A stretch of 62,387 nt of DNA, the filler included. It is 7 parts of 7 records of this genome, joined end to end, with 100 filler letters (N's around TTAATTAATTAA, not from the genome) between each part and the next. Parts side by side here need not be neighbours in the genome. Positions count along the whole stretch, not along the records: positions 42,964 to 54,143 come from DRR723986_25257; positions 54,244 to 62,387 come from DRR723986_25313; 5 more parts are not named here. One strand, given 5' to 3'. Each line of letters begins with the position of its first letter. Position 1 is the first letter of the stretch. The position numbers and the translations under genes are program-made. Shown here in pieces: positions 46,911 through 57,872 of the stretch. The notes beneath the pieces were generated by a model. The model was not told the DNA's origin, made no database searches, and saw only the letters and a program-made list of their open reading frames with translations.

Positions 46911-49163
46911 ATGAACAAAGCTTACAAGAAATTATTCCTTGTGTCATTATTGTTGCCCTTTTCGTCAATAGCCCAAGATCTTTATGATATCAATAATATC
47001 ACCGATATAAAAATTACTTTCACAGACGCCAATTGGGATGCGACTATGGATACCTATTACGCCAATGACTTGGATGAGTTGTTATATGGTACTTGCGAAA
47101 TCAATGGAATCATGTATGACAGTGTTGGAGTAGCTTTTAAAGGAAATTCAACTTACAACGCGAATAACGATAAGAATCCTTTAAAAATTAAACTATCAGA
47201 GATCTATGGATTTCAAAATCATCAGGGGTACGAGACCATCAAATTGTCAAGCGGAAAAAACGACCCATCTTTTGTAAGAGAAGTGCTGTCTTATGAAATC
47301 GGAAGACAGTATATGGATATGCCCCTTTCTAATTATGCAAAGGTCTCTATTAATGGTAATTATTACGGTTTGTTTTCAAGTTCAGAGTCTATCAACGGAG
47401 ACTTTATGGAAAAGCGATTTTATTGCGATCGTGATAACACCAGAATAAAATGCAACCCTGAAAACGTCATGGGCGGAAATGGGTCATCATTAATGTATTT
47501 AGGTGCAGACTCTTCTTTGTATTATAGTTTGTATGAGTTAAAATCTGATTATGGATGGGGAGATTTGGTGGATTTAACCAACTACATTGAAAATAATACC
47601 AGTACCATTGAAACCTATCTGGATGTGGATCGAGCTTTATGGATGCTGGCTTTCAATAATGTAATGTCAAACTTAGATTCTTACACGGGTCCGTTTAGAC
47701 AAAACTACTATTTGATTAAAGATGATAACGGCAGAATGATGCCTATTATATGGGATTTAAATGAGTCAATTGGAGGATTTGAAATGGTAAATTCAGGTGG
47801 AGGACCTCCTGGTGGAGTAACAGATCTTACAGATATGGATCCATATATACGCGAAACGGACAATACCTATCCTTTAATACATTACTTGTTTTCAGTACCG
47901 AGATATCGTAAAATGTATATGGCTCATCTCAGAACAATGGTTGAAGAAAACTTGTCTTCAGGCGATTATTTTACAAGGGCCCAACAATTACAAACGATTA
48001 TTGATGCAGAGGTTCAAGCAGATCCGAATGCCATTTATTCACATTCAGAATTTACGACTAATTTGACTTCCCAGGTAGGATTTGGTATGGGAGCTACTTA
48101 CGGCGTCCAACAAATTTTGGATGGTCGTGAATCCTATCTCACTGGACACACTGACTATGGTTTACTTGATCCAACGATAAGCAATGTTACGAGTTCAACA
48201 AACAATCCAACAGCAAATTCAATTGTGACTTTTACAGCAGATATTGCTGATGCAAATTATGCGTATTTGGGATACCGATTTTACAAAGCTGATGCTTTTC
48301 AAAAAGTAGAGATGTTTGATGACGGCGCTCATAATGACGGCGCAGCTGGGGATGGGACCTATGGTGTAGATGTAACTATTGGTGCTGCGGACATGCAATA
48401 TTATATTTATGCTGAAAATAATGATGCGGGTAAATTCTCACCAGCAAGGGCTGAGCATGAGTTTTACGAGTTGACTTTGTCAGCTGGAGTGGTGATTAAC
48501 GAAATCATGCCATCAAACATTAATACTGCTGCTGATCAAGATGGAGAGTATGATGACTGGATTGAGTTTTACAATAATTCAAGCTCTGATATTGATATGG
48601 GAGGCTATTTCCTTACTGATGATATTAGCATTTACAACAAATGGATTTTTCCAGCCGGAACAACAATTCCTGCTAATGGCTATTTAATTGTGTGGTGCGA
48701 CAATGATATTTTGCAATCAGGGTTGCATGCTGGATTTAAATTGACTTCAAAAGGTGAAACAATCTTACTTTCAGATGCTGCCGGAAATCCTGTTAACGAA
48801 GTTACCTTCCCCAATCTGCAAAACAACTTGACCTTTGGGAGGTATCCGAATGGAACAGGAGGTTTCATTGAAATGGTACCAACGTATAATGCGGCCAACT
48901 CATTTTCATCTATCGGATTCGAAGAGTTTGAAAACAAGGACTTCAACTTGAGTTATTTTCCAAATCCTACAAGTCATGTAATTACCTTGAACATGAGCAT
49001 TGATGAACAAGTAGAGCTTGAGCTATTCGATTTAACCGGTCGATTGGTTCGGCTAGAATCAATTTATTCAGGAGATCAAATCAATGTTGAGGAGTTGAAA
49101 AGTGGCACCTATATTTTAAGAATTCCTAGCCAAAACTGGACAGGTAAGTTGATTAAAAAATAG
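46911..49163 (+). CDS. CotH-kinase family protein with lamin-tail domain and T9SS type A sorting domain
   Basis: VGVAFKGNST, DPSFVREVLSY, NLDSY and IIWDLN (CotH). MFDDGAHNDGAAGDG. VINEIM..DWIEFYN (LTD). YFPNP..LFDLTGRLV..SGTYIL..KLIKK (CTD). Confidence 0.9.
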   Translation: MNKAYKKLFLVSLLLPFSSIAQDLYDINNITDIKITFTDANWDATMDTYYANDLDELLYGTCEINGIMYDSVGVAFKGNSTYNANNDKNPLKIKLSEIYGFQNHQGYETIKLSSGKNDPSFVREVLSYEIGRQYMDMPLSNYAKVSINGNYYGLFSSSESINGDFMEKRFYCDRDNTRIKCNPENVMGGNGSSLMYLGADSSLYYSLYELKSDYGWGDLVDLTNYIENNTSTIETYLDVDRALWMLAFNNVMSNLDSYTGPFRQNYYLIKDDNGRMMPIIWDLNESIGGFEMVNSGGGPPGGVTDLTDMDPYIRETDNTYPLIHYLFSVPRYRKMYMAHLRTMVEENLSSGDYFTRAQQLQTIIDAEVQADPNAIYSHSEFTTNLTSQVGFGMGATYGVQQILDGRESYLTGHTDYGLLDPTISNVTSSTNNPTANSIVTFTADIADANYAYLGYRFYKADAFQKVEMFDDGAHNDGAAGDGTYGVDVTIGAADMQYYIYAENNDAGKFSPARAEHEFYELTLSAGVVINEIMPSNINTAADQDGEYDDWIEFYNNSSSDIDMGGYFLTDDISIYNKWIFPAGTTIPANGYLIVWCDNDILQSGLHAGFKLTSKGETILLSDAAGNPVNEVTFPNLQNNLTFGRYPNGTGGFIEMVPTYNAANSFSSIGFEEFENKDFNLSYFPNPTSHVITLNMSIDEQVELELFDLTGRLVRLESIYSGDQINVEELKSGTYILRIPSQNWTGKLIKK

Positions 49164-49165
49164 GA

Positions 49166-49867
49166 CTACTTAGTATAGCTGATTAAGATTCTTGAACTCG
49201 ATAAATTTCCATTTTTATCGTAGGTTTCTGATTTTACAACACCTGCTTCTGGAGAGTACCAATCTTTAGAGGTAGATGTGGTATTCATGAATGCCATTTT
49301 AGTGGATGTCGTAGAACTAATTAAAGCACAAGTATATTCACCAGCTGGACTTGAAACTGGTTCAATTTTTTCAACTTTTCTGTTCGTAATGTCAATGTTC
49401 ATGTCCATTACCTGAAAACCATTGCTTGATGCAACCATGTGTACATTTCCATCATTTAGTGCATCTCCTTCGTTTAAAACTTTGGGTATGATAATTTCTG
49501 TTTGGGTCATTTCCACCTCCATACTCTCCATGCCTTCCATGGTTTCATCTGGGATTAAACTTTGTAAATCGATTTTTAAAACGCCATCCTCACAGGTGTA
49601 AGTCATTGTTCTTTCATAATGGTTTTTTTCCTTCCTTTTTGGACCATCAACAATTGCTTTCAAAGTATATTCAATAACGTTTCCATTTACTTTGACATCT
49701 TCTACAATTGTGGTGGTATATCCAGAAATTTCACCTTTTTTATCCATTTCTTGGTATTCCCATTTTGTTCCTTTTTGGATAGGGAAATAAGAATCGCATC
49801 CTTCATTCTGTGCATAGATGAATTGTGATCCGAAAATTAAAATAACAATAAGTACTCGAAAATTCAT
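49166..49867 (-). CDS. Exported hypothetical beta-rich protein (DUF3108/TapB-like)
   Basis: YFPIQKGTKWEY, SPAGEYTC and WYSPEAGVVKSE. Confidence 0.65.
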   Translation of the reverse strand: MNFRVLIVILIFGSQFIYAQNEGCDSYFPIQKGTKWEYQEMDKKGEISGYTTTIVEDVKVNGNVIEYTLKAIVDGPKRKEKNHYERTMTYTCEDGVLKIDLQSLIPDETMEGMESMEVEMTQTEIIIPKVLNEGDALNDGNVHMVASSNGFQVMDMNIDITNRKVEKIEPVSSPAGEYTCALISSTTSTKMAFMNTTSTSKDWYSPEAGVVKSETYDKNGNLSSSRILISYTK

Positions 49868-49888
49868 AAACTATTTTTTTAGGCAAAT

Positions 49889-50791
49889 TTATAAAAGATC
49901 ATCTAAAGCAGAGGATATAGATTTGTATTCATAGTCAAAACCAAATTGGGTAATTTTTGAGCCATCTACTCGTGAACCTTTCAAAACAATTGCAGCCATT
50001 TTGCCAAATAATAGTCTCAAAATAAAACCAGGTACCTTAGGTAAAAGTATTGGTCGTTTTAGCTTTTTTGCTATTGCTTTGGTCAGGCTTTTGTTGGTAA
50101 TATGTTCAGGCGCAGAAACGTTTATCCCTCCTGCTAAGTTGTGATGTTGAATAGCCGTGAGATAGGCCTTACACAAGTCGTCAATGTGAACCCAAGGAAC
50201 CCATTGTTTGCCTGTGCCTAATGGAGAACCAACGTACATTTTTATGGGTTTCGCGATCCGTTCTAGAGCGCCTCCGGTTTTACTCATTACTACTGGTGTT
50301 CGAACTTTTATCACACGATCTGCCTTTTCTTCAAATTGATCTGCAGCTTTCTCCCAGTTATGAGTCACATAAGCCAAAAAGTCATCCTGATTGAACTTAA
50401 TAATATCCTCTTCTTTAAAAATTTTATCTACAGTTTTTGTGCCGTAATAACTGATGCCAGATGCTGAAATGAATGTTTTTATAGGATGGTTTGAATGCTG
50501 AAAAAGTAAATTGGCTGCTTTAATTCGAGAGTCTAAGATTTGTTGTTTTCGATCGGCTGTCCAACGCTCAGAAACACTTGAACCCGCCAAATGAATAATG
50601 TGGTCAACTCCTTCTAGAGCACCTTCTTCAATATAATCCGTCTCAATGTCCCACTCGTAAATTGCCGTGTTAATGGCGCCTTTTGTTTTGTTTCGCGTAA
50701 GAATTCGAATGGCATATCCATTTTGAATGAGTAAAGGGATTAGTTGGCCCCCAATTGTTCCAGTTGCACCGGTGATAAGAACTGTTTCCAT
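49889..50791 (-). CDS. TIGR01777-family NAD-dependent epimerase
   Basis: ITGATGTIG, IHLAG..RWT, GTGKQWVPWVHIDD and C-terminal DUF1731-like region. Confidence 0.9.
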   Translation of the reverse strand: METVLITGATGTIGGQLIPLLIQNGYAIRILTRNKTKGAINTAIYEWDIETDYIEEGALEGVDHIIHLAGSSVSERWTADRKQQILDSRIKAANLLFQHSNHPIKTFISASGISYYGTKTVDKIFKEEDIIKFNQDDFLAYVTHNWEKAADQFEEKADRVIKVRTPVVMSKTGGALERIAKPIKMYVGSPLGTGKQWVPWVHIDDLCKAYLTAIQHHNLAGGINVSAPEHITNKSLTKAIAKKLKRPILLPKVPGFILRLLFGKMAAIVLKGSRVDGSKITQFGFDYEYKSISSALDDLL

Positions 50792-50845
50792 ACTTAAAGT
50801 TAGAACGTTTTAGCCTGAAGAAAAGTTCTTTAACGTTAGTTTAAC

Positions 50846-53560
50846 TTAATCTGCCAAATTCGGACTCAACCAACGTTCCATCACCTTGTAATCCATCTTT
50901 TTTCTTCTTGCCAAACTCTCAACCTGGTCAGTTTGGATTTTTCCTACTCCAAAATAATGTGACTCAGGATGTGCAAAATACCATCCACTAACTGAGGCTG
51001 CAGGTAGCATAGCTAAAGATTCAGTTAAGTCAACTCCGGTAATATTGGTTGCGTCCAAGATTTCAAATAATCCAATCTTTTCAGTGTGATCAGGGTTTGC
51101 AGGATAACCAGGTGCTGGTCTGATTCCACGATATTTCTCCTGAATTAAATCATCAGATGTTAAAGCTTCAGTTTCATATCCCCAAAACTCTTGACGCACT
51201 CTTTCGTGTAAGCGTTCCGCAAAAGCTTCTGCTAATCTATCAGCCAAAGCCTTTAACAAAATAGAGTTGTAGTCATCATGATCAGCCGCGAACTCAGCCA
51301 ATTTCTTTTCTATTCCAATTCCGGCTGTAACAACAAATCCTCCAATATGATCTGCCAATCCACTTTCTTTTGGCGCCACAAAATCGGCTACATTTTCATT
51401 TACTGCACCAGCTGCTTTTTGCAACTGTTGACGCATTCCAAATTGAACATGTTTAACTGTTGATCGACTTTCATCTTCGTAGATTTCAATGTCATCATCA
51501 TTCACCGTATTCGCTGGCCAAATTCCGCAAACAGCTCTTGCTTCTAACCATTTTTCTTCAATGATTTTATCCAACATATTATTGGCGTCATTGTACAATT
51601 TAGTCGCTTCAGTTCCGAAATTCTCATCTGTTAAAATGTCCGGATATTTTTTGCGCATCTCCCAAGTGTAGAAGAATGGCGTCCAGTCAATATATTTTCT
51701 TAACTCTTCTAAATCGTAGTTTAAAAAAGTTTGGTTCCCAATCACTTTTGGTTGTGCAAGATCTTCTTGTTTCCAATCAATCTTGAATTTATTTTCTCTG
51801 GCTTGCTCTAAAGACAAGAATTTTTTAAATCCTTTCTTCTTGGCATAATTCACACGCACCTTTTCGTATTCAGCTTGTAATGATTCTACGAATGGAGCTT
51901 TGTCTGGACCAAGTAAGCTACCAACAACAGTTACTGATCTTGAAGCATCTAAAACATGCACCGTTTGACCATTGTTATAATTGTCGTCAATTTTAACAGC
52001 AGTGTGAACTTTAGACGTGGTTGCACCTCCAATTAAAAGCGGAATATCCATGCCCATGATTTCCATTTCTTTGGCTACATGCACCATTTCATCAAGAGAT
52101 GGCGTAATTAATCCGCTCAATCCGATAATGTCAACATTGTGTTCTTTGGCTGCCGCTAAAATTTTATCTGCCGGAACCATAACTCCTAAATCGATAATCT
52201 CATAATTGTTGCAGCCTAAAACCACACCAACAATGTTTTTACCAATGTCATGTACATCACCTTTCACGGTTGCTAACAACACTTTTCCGTTGGTAGAGCC
52301 TTCTTCTTTTGTTGCCTCAATGTAAGGTAACAAATAAGCCACCGCCTTCTTCATTACACGGGCTGATTTCACCACCTGCGGCAAAAACATTTTTCCGGCT
52401 CCGAATAAGTCGCCCACCACATTCATTCCATTCATCAAGTGACCTTCGATCACTTGTATCGGTTTGTCAACCTCATGGCGGGCTTCTTCAACGTCTTCTT
52501 CAATATAATCAGCAATTCCTTTTACTAAGGCGTGCGTAATTCTTTCTTGTAGCGGATTTTCTCTCCAACTTAAGTCAACTGTTTTAGACTTTGCTTCACC
52601 TACTACAGTCTCGGCAAAAGTTAACAATCGCTCTGTGGCATCATCTCTTCGGTCTAACAATACGTCTTCAACATGCTCTAAAAGATCTTTCGGAATGTCA
52701 TCATACACCTCTAACATAGTTGGGTTGACGATTCCCATGTCTAATCCTTCGTTAATTCCATGATATAAAAATGCCGAGTGCATGGCTTCACGAACGCGGT
52801 TGTTTCCTCTAAAAGAGAAAGACACGTTTGAAATTCCGCCGCTCACGTGAGCACCCGGGAGATTCTCCCGAATCCACCTGGTGGCTTGGAAAAAATCCAA
52901 CGCATTTTTTCGGTGCTCATCCATCCCTGTCGCCACAGGAAAAACGTTCGGGTCAAAAATGATATCCTGAGGAGGAAAGTTAACTTCATCCACTAAAATT
53001 CTGTACGAACGTTCACACATTTGAATACGCTTCTCATAGCTATCTGCTTGACCTTCTTCGTCAAAGGCCATAACAACTACAGCAGCTCCATATTGCTTAA
53101 TTTTTTTCGCTTGATAAATGAATTGTTCTTCACCTTCCTTTAAACTGATTGAATTAACAACACATTTTCCCTGAACACATCTTAGTCCTGCTTCAATTAT
53201 CTCCCATTTTGAAGAGTCAATCATAATCGGAACTCTAGCTATATCTGGTTCAGCTGCAATGAGGTTTAAGAAAGTTACCATGGCTTCTTTCCCATCAATT
53301 AAACCATCATCCATGTTGATGTCGATAATCTGCGCACCACCTTCAACTTGATCTCTTGCTATGGATAAAGCTTCATCAAAATTCCCTTCGTTAATTAAAC
53401 GCAAGAATTTTCTTGACCCGGCAACGTTAGTTCGTTCACCAATATTGGTAAAGTTAGATTCAGGAGTAATCTCTAATGGTTCTAATCCACTCAAACGCAT
53501 GTTCGGTAAATCGCTCCATTTGTATTCGTACTTTCCTTTGTAATCTGGATGTATGCTCAT
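50846..53560 (-). CDS. metH: B12-dependent methionine synthase, pterin/cap/B12/activation domains only
   Basis: [33 protein letters not shown] and RPAPGYP. No N-terminal homocysteine-binding domain. Confidence 0.95.
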   Translation of the reverse strand: MSIHPDYKGKYEYKWSDLPNMRLSGLEPLEITPESNFTNIGERTNVAGSRKFLRLINEGNFDEALSIARDQVEGGAQIIDINMDDGLIDGKEAMVTFLNLIAAEPDIARVPIMIDSSKWEIIEAGLRCVQGKCVVNSISLKEGEEQFIYQAKKIKQYGAAVVVMAFDEEGQADSYEKRIQMCERSYRILVDEVNFPPQDIIFDPNVFPVATGMDEHRKNALDFFQATRWIRENLPGAHVSGGISNVSFSFRGNNRVREAMHSAFLYHGINEGLDMGIVNPTMLEVYDDIPKDLLEHVEDVLLDRRDDATERLLTFAETVVGEAKSKTVDLSWRENPLQERITHALVKGIADYIEEDVEEARHEVDKPIQVIEGHLMNGMNVVGDLFGAGKMFLPQVVKSARVMKKAVAYLLPYIEATKEEGSTNGKVLLATVKGDVHDIGKNIVGVVLGCNNYEIIDLGVMVPADKILAAAKEHNVDIIGLSGLITPSLDEMVHVAKEMEIMGMDIPLLIGGATTSKVHTAVKIDDNYNNGQTVHVLDASRSVTVVGSLLGPDKAPFVESLQAEYEKVRVNYAKKKGFKKFLSLEQARENKFKIDWKQEDLAQPKVIGNQTFLNYDLEELRKYIDWTPFFYTWEMRKKYPDILTDENFGTEATKLYNDANNMLDKIIEEKWLEARAVCGIWPANTVNDDDIEIYEDESRSTVKHVQFGMRQQLQKAAGAVNENVADFVAPKESGLADHIGGFVVTAGIGIEKKLAEFAADHDDYNSILLKALADRLAEAFAERLHERVRQEFWGYETEALTSDDLIQEKYRGIRPAPGYPANPDHTEKIGLFEILDATNITGVDLTESLAMLPAASVSGWYFAHPESHYFGVGKIQTDQVESLARRKKMDYKVMERWLSPNLAD

Positions 53561-53585
53561 GTTTATTTCAATTGTCAATGTTCAA

Positions 53586-53670
53586 TCTCCCCCTTTGGAG
53601 GGGGTAAAAGGGGGAGGATTCTTAACGCTTATATTTTCCTCCCCCACGGTCCCCCTCCAAAGGGGGAAGA
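53586..53670. repeat. Inverted pair of REP-like palindromes (BIME-like)
   Basis: CCCCCTTTGGAGGGGG..GGGGGAGGA at 53586-53618 and its reverse complement at 53637-53670. Confidence 0.75.
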
Positions 53671-53751
53671 AAAATTTAGTTCCGAAGAACGACATTTGTC
53701 AACCTGTCACGAAAATCGAAAATCGAGAATCGAAACATTTGTCATCTTGCC

Positions 53752-54143
53752 CTACATCACAACACTCCAATTATCATCACCACCACCCTGATTCCAATCT
53801 TTGAATTCTTCTTTTCCTCCTCTTGCGGCCCAATCTGAGTCAATCGTTAATTTTGATGAGATTCCTCCTCTTGGATTACAAATCATCATAATTCTTAAGC
53901 GTTGCGGCTCGTAAACTTCCATTAAGTGATCGTAGAAGATGTTGATCAAACGCTCATAAGAAACGGTAATATCTCTCAAGTGAAACGAGTATTGTTTCAA
54001 TGATTTTAACTCAATTATTTTATCGTTCGGATAAAAAGTCAAGAATACAGATGCAAAGTCGGGTTGTTGCTGAACACCCAAGAATGTAAATTCTGGTATC
54101 TTAATTTTTATCTCATATGCTTCTTTTGATGGATTCGGAATTG
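53752..54143 (-). CDS. QueF-like T-fold protein (5'-truncated) lacking the catalytic Cys
   Basis: PEFTFLGVQQQPDFA, IELKSLKQY, SYE and NPRGGIS. Confidence 0.85.
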
Positions 54144-54243
54144 NNNNNNNNNNNNNNNNNNNNNNNNNNNNNNNNNNNNNNNNNNNNTTAATTAATTAAN
54201 NNNNNNNNNNNNNNNNNNNNNNNNNNNNNNNNNNNNNNNNNNN
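54144..54243. other. Artificial contig spacer
   Basis: N-run containing TTAATTAATTAA. Confidence 0.99.
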
Positions 54244-54272
54244 AAATGCTCCCATATGGAAGAGGCTAGGGC

Positions 54273-54680
54273 ATGCGTAGGTTGTTCACATGCATTGCAG
54301 CAATTTGTGCGCTGGCTTCTGGTGCCGCCCTTATGCAGCTCAAGCATGCTGTGCAAGAGCAGGCTGAAGAAGTGGAGGCAATTGCCAAGCAAATCCACTC
54401 CGATCAGGAAAGCTTGCGCATTTTGGAAGCAGAGTGGGCCTATTTGACCTCGCCGCGCGCTTTGCAGGAGCTTTCCATTGAATTTTTGGCTCTTATGCCG
54501 CCTGCACCTAAACAGGTTGTTGGGTCGGTGACCGATATTCCCATGCGGCGCAATGCTGACGTTGTCTCAGGTGACACAAGTGTGTTGTTGCCTTCAGCCA
54601 ATAAGAAAGCCGGGCCTTCAGCTGTGTCAGCGGGCAAGGAAAGCAGTCAATCACAAGCGACATCAGAGGAAACAACATAA
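54273..54680 (+). CDS. ftsL: Cell division protein FtsL (alphaproteobacterial type)
   Basis: TM helix, coiled coil and LEAEWAYLTSPRAL. Precedes ftsI. Confidence 0.85.
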   Translation: MRRLFTCIAAICALASGAALMQLKHAVQEQAEEVEAIAKQIHSDQESLRILEAEWAYLTSPRALQELSIEFLALMPPAPKQVVGSVTDIPMRRNADVVSGDTSVLLPSANKKAGPSAVSAGKESSQSQATSEETT

Positions 54681-56374
54681 TGGCGACGCTTGGCGCACAA
54701 TCAGTCAACATGGGCTTGGATCAAGACTATAACAAACAGACGCCTTTATCTGTTGCACGTGGTCGGTTGATGATCGGTGTTGTGTTATTTATGGCTGCTT
54801 TCGTTCTGATGAGCGTTCGCACGGTTGATTTGGGTATGTCAGCTCCTTTACCTAAGCGTACGGCAGAACGTCAAATTATTGTGCCGCCAGTGGTTTTCCA
54901 AAGGTCTGACATCGTTGACAGAAACGGTGAAGTGCTGGCTGTTAATCTGCAAACATCTTCCTTATATGCCAACCCACTCAAAATCAAAAACCCGGGCTTG
55001 GTTGCCGAAAAACTTGCCGGTATTTTGCCGGGGTTATCGCGCGCGGAGTTGGAACAAAAACTATCTTCTAAAAAGAGCTTTATCTGGATCAAGCGCAAGT
55101 TGACGCCGCGCCAAAAATGGCAAGTGAATGCGCTGGGTGTGCCTGCCCTTAATTTCCGCGAGGAAGAAGACAGACTATACCCACATGGTCGCCTTGCTGC
55201 CCATGCCCTTGGGTATGTGGATGTTGACGGAAAAGGCCTTGCCGGCGTTGAGCATTATTTCCAAGATCGTCTTTCCGAGAAGGGCCGCACTGGCGAACCT
55301 TTGGCGCTTTCGCTGGATATCCGGGTTCAATATGCTTTAGCTGATGAGCTTGAAGCAGCCATGCGGGCGCACAAAGCTGTTGGTGCTGCTGGTTTGGTGA
55401 TGGATGTTCGCACGGGCGAGCTTTTGGCGCTGGTTTCCATGCCTGACTTTGACCCCAATAATATACGCGGTGTGAGTGACGCACAGAAATTTAATCGCGC
55501 CAGTAAAGGCGTTTATGAGCTGGGTTCCACCTTCAAAACCTTTACATTTGCCAATGCGCTTGATGATGGTGTGGCAACCCTTGAAGATGGGTATGATGCA
55601 ACTAAGCCTTTGAAAATATCACGTTTTTTGATCCGGGATGATCATCCGAAAAAGCGTTATTTGAAATTACCCGAGATTTTTGCCTTTTCCTCAAACATTG
55701 GCACAGCGCAGCTTGCACTCGACATTGGCGGTGAACGTCAGCAGGAATTTATGCAGTCCGTTGGCTTGTTAACGCCAGCAAGCGTTGAACTAACAGAGGT
55801 TGGCGCGCCGATGTACCCAGACAAATGGCGCAAAGTTTCTACTATGACTATTTCATACGGTCACGGTATTGCAGTCAGCCCATTGCAGCTCGCCTCTGGC
55901 ATTTCAGCAATGGTCAATGGAGGTATTTATCACACACCAACTTTGTTGAAAAACAGCAAAGCATGGCAAGATGGTAAACAGGTAATTTCTCCGGCAACTA
56001 GCAGACAAATGCGCCAGCTTTTGCGGTTGGCAGTAACCAAGGGTACAGGCGGACGCTCTGACGCTGATGGCTACCGAGTGGGCGGAAAAACGGGCACGGC
56101 TGAGAAGGCTTCCAACGGTGGATACGCCAGAAAGTCTCTCATTTCTTCCTTTATGGGTATTTATCCGATGGACGACCCACAATATGCCGTATTTGCCCTG
56201 TTGGATGAACCTAAAGGAACGAAAGAAACCTATGGTTTTGCAGGCGGTGGCTGGGTAGCCGCGCCGGTGGTTAAGAATGTGATTTTGCGGACAGCACCCT
56301 TGCTGGGTGTTCTGCCGCGCGAAGAAGATGAAGGGCTGTACCAGCGCGTGGCCCTCATGATTGAGGATGATTAG
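54680..56374 (+). CDS. ftsI: Penicillin-binding protein 3
   Basis: RSDIVDRNG, GSTFK (SxxK), SSN and KTGT. Confidence 0.95.
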   Translation: MATLGAQSVNMGLDQDYNKQTPLSVARGRLMIGVVLFMAAFVLMSVRTVDLGMSAPLPKRTAERQIIVPPVVFQRSDIVDRNGEVLAVNLQTSSLYANPLKIKNPGLVAEKLAGILPGLSRAELEQKLSSKKSFIWIKRKLTPRQKWQVNALGVPALNFREEEDRLYPHGRLAAHALGYVDVDGKGLAGVEHYFQDRLSEKGRTGEPLALSLDIRVQYALADELEAAMRAHKAVGAAGLVMDVRTGELLALVSMPDFDPNNIRGVSDAQKFNRASKGVYELGSTFKTFTFANALDDGVATLEDGYDATKPLKISRFLIRDDHPKKRYLKLPEIFAFSSNIGTAQLALDIGGERQQEFMQSVGLLTPASVELTEVGAPMYPDKWRKVSTMTISYGHGIAVSPLQLASGISAMVNGGIYHTPTLLKNSKAWQDGKQVISPATSRQMRQLLRLAVTKGTGGRSDADGYRVGGKTGTAEKASNGGYARKSLISSFMGIYPMDDPQYAVFALLDEPKGTKETYGFAGGGWVAAPVVKNVILRTAPLLGVLPREEDEGLYQRVALMIEDD

Positions 56375-56386
56375 AAAGGCTAGCAG

Positions 56387-57871
56387 ATGGCAACGACGTT
56401 GCTGCAGCTTTTGGGTGGAAAGGGCATGGTGAAAAACGTGCCGATCGGTGGTTTAACCGTCGATAGCAGACGTGTCTCTAAAGGTGACTTGTTCGTTGCA
56501 CTTCCCGGCACAAATCATGACGGCAGAGAGTATATTGCGCAGGCTGTTGAGCGTGGTGCATCGGCTATCTTAACTACGCCGGGCTCATCTCTGTCCATTG
56601 AGGGCATTTTGCCAATTATTGAAGACCCTAATCCGCGTAAATTATATGCAGAGATGGCAGCTCGTTTTTGCGGTGTACAGCCAAGTGTTCAAGTTGCGAT
56701 TACTGGTACAAACGGTAAAACATCTGTTGCTGAGTTCACGCGGCAGCTTTGGAAACAACTAGGTACGTCTGCAGCAAGTGTGGGAACATTGGGTGTTTCA
56801 TCCGATGCATTCGCAGTAGAGGGCGGGTTAACTACGCCTGACCCAATGACTTTATATAGTACTTTCAATAAGTTGCATGAAAAAGGCGTTGATAATATTG
56901 CAGTTGAGGCCTCCAGCCACGGTCTTGACCAATGCCGCCTTGATGGTATGGACATAGCCGCTGCGGCCTTCACTAATCTGACCCGCGACCATCTTGATTA
57001 TCATAAAAACGAGCAAGCGTATTTTTACGCCAAAGCCCGGCTTTTTGGCGCATTACTGGCTCCGGGTGCATCTGCCGTTATTAATATTGATGACCGGTGG
57101 GGCAAGGTTCTGGATGACATTGCATGGGGGCGGTCGCTTAATCGATTGTCTTATGGGCGCGCTGAGAAAGCGCATCTGCGTATTGTCCGGCATAAGGTTA
57201 CGGCGTCTGGCCAAGATGTGACCGTTTCATTCCGAGGTAAATCCTACGAGCTTGCTTTGCCGCTTGTCGGCGAGTTTCAGGCAATGAATGCATTGGCTGC
57301 TGCCGGGTTGGTAATTTCCACCGGTGGAGAGCCAGCAGAAGTAATGCAGGCTTTGGAAAAGCTGCACGGTGTGCCGGGCCGCATGGAGTTAATGGGCTTG
57401 AAAGACGGCGCGGGCATTTATGTTGATTATGCGCACACCCCGGGCGGGTTACAAACGGTGCTTTTGGCAGCCAAAGCGCATCGCCCTAACAGGCTGCATG
57501 TTGTTTTTGGTTGTGGTGGCGATCGCGATACAGGCAAGCGTCCGCAAATGGGTGCCATTGCGCATGAATTGGCGGACCAGGTTTACATCACAGATGACAA
57601 CCCGCGATCTGAAGCCCCAGCCGTAATCCGTTCAGAAATTTTGGCCGCATGCCCCGGAGCGATTGAGATTGGTGATCGAGAATTGGCAATTCAAGCCGCA
57701 ATTGATGCGGCCCGCGATGGCGACATGGTGATTATCGCTGGCAAAGGCCATGAGACCGGTCAGACAATTGGTGATCAGGTTATTGAGTTTTCCGATATTG
57801 AAGCTGTTAGGCGCATCATTGCAGCACCTGACGCTCAGCAATCCGCACACCGCAGAAAAAAGGACCAATAG
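56387..57871 (+). CDS. murE: UDP-MurNAc-dipeptide:meso-DAP ligase
   Basis: [25 protein letters not shown] and DDNPR. Confidence 0.96.
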   Translation: MATTLLQLLGGKGMVKNVPIGGLTVDSRRVSKGDLFVALPGTNHDGREYIAQAVERGASAILTTPGSSLSIEGILPIIEDPNPRKLYAEMAARFCGVQPSVQVAITGTNGKTSVAEFTRQLWKQLGTSAASVGTLGVSSDAFAVEGGLTTPDPMTLYSTFNKLHEKGVDNIAVEASSHGLDQCRLDGMDIAAAAFTNLTRDHLDYHKNEQAYFYAKARLFGALLAPGASAVINIDDRWGKVLDDIAWGRSLNRLSYGRAEKAHLRIVRHKVTASGQDVTVSFRGKSYELALPLVGEFQAMNALAAAGLVISTGGEPAEVMQALEKLHGVPGRMELMGLKDGAGIYVDYAHTPGGLQTVLLAAKAHRPNRLHVVFGCGGDRDTGKRPQMGAIAHELADQVYITDDNPRSEAPAVIRSEILAACPGAIEIGDRELAIQAAIDAARDGDMVIIAGKGHETGQTIGDQVIEFSDIEAVRRIIAAPDAQQSAHRRKKDQ

Positions 57872-57872
57872 A

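Noticed and set aside
8487-54243. Recurring TTAATTAATTAA within N-runs, and gene associations across them
   Set aside because: These are artificial linkers. The flanking contigs differ in GC content and apparent taxonomy, so cross-spacer context is meaningless.
54244-54280. Possible rsmH 3' end (NAPIWKRLGHA*)
   Set aside because: The position fits, but 11 non-conserved codons are insufficient to call.
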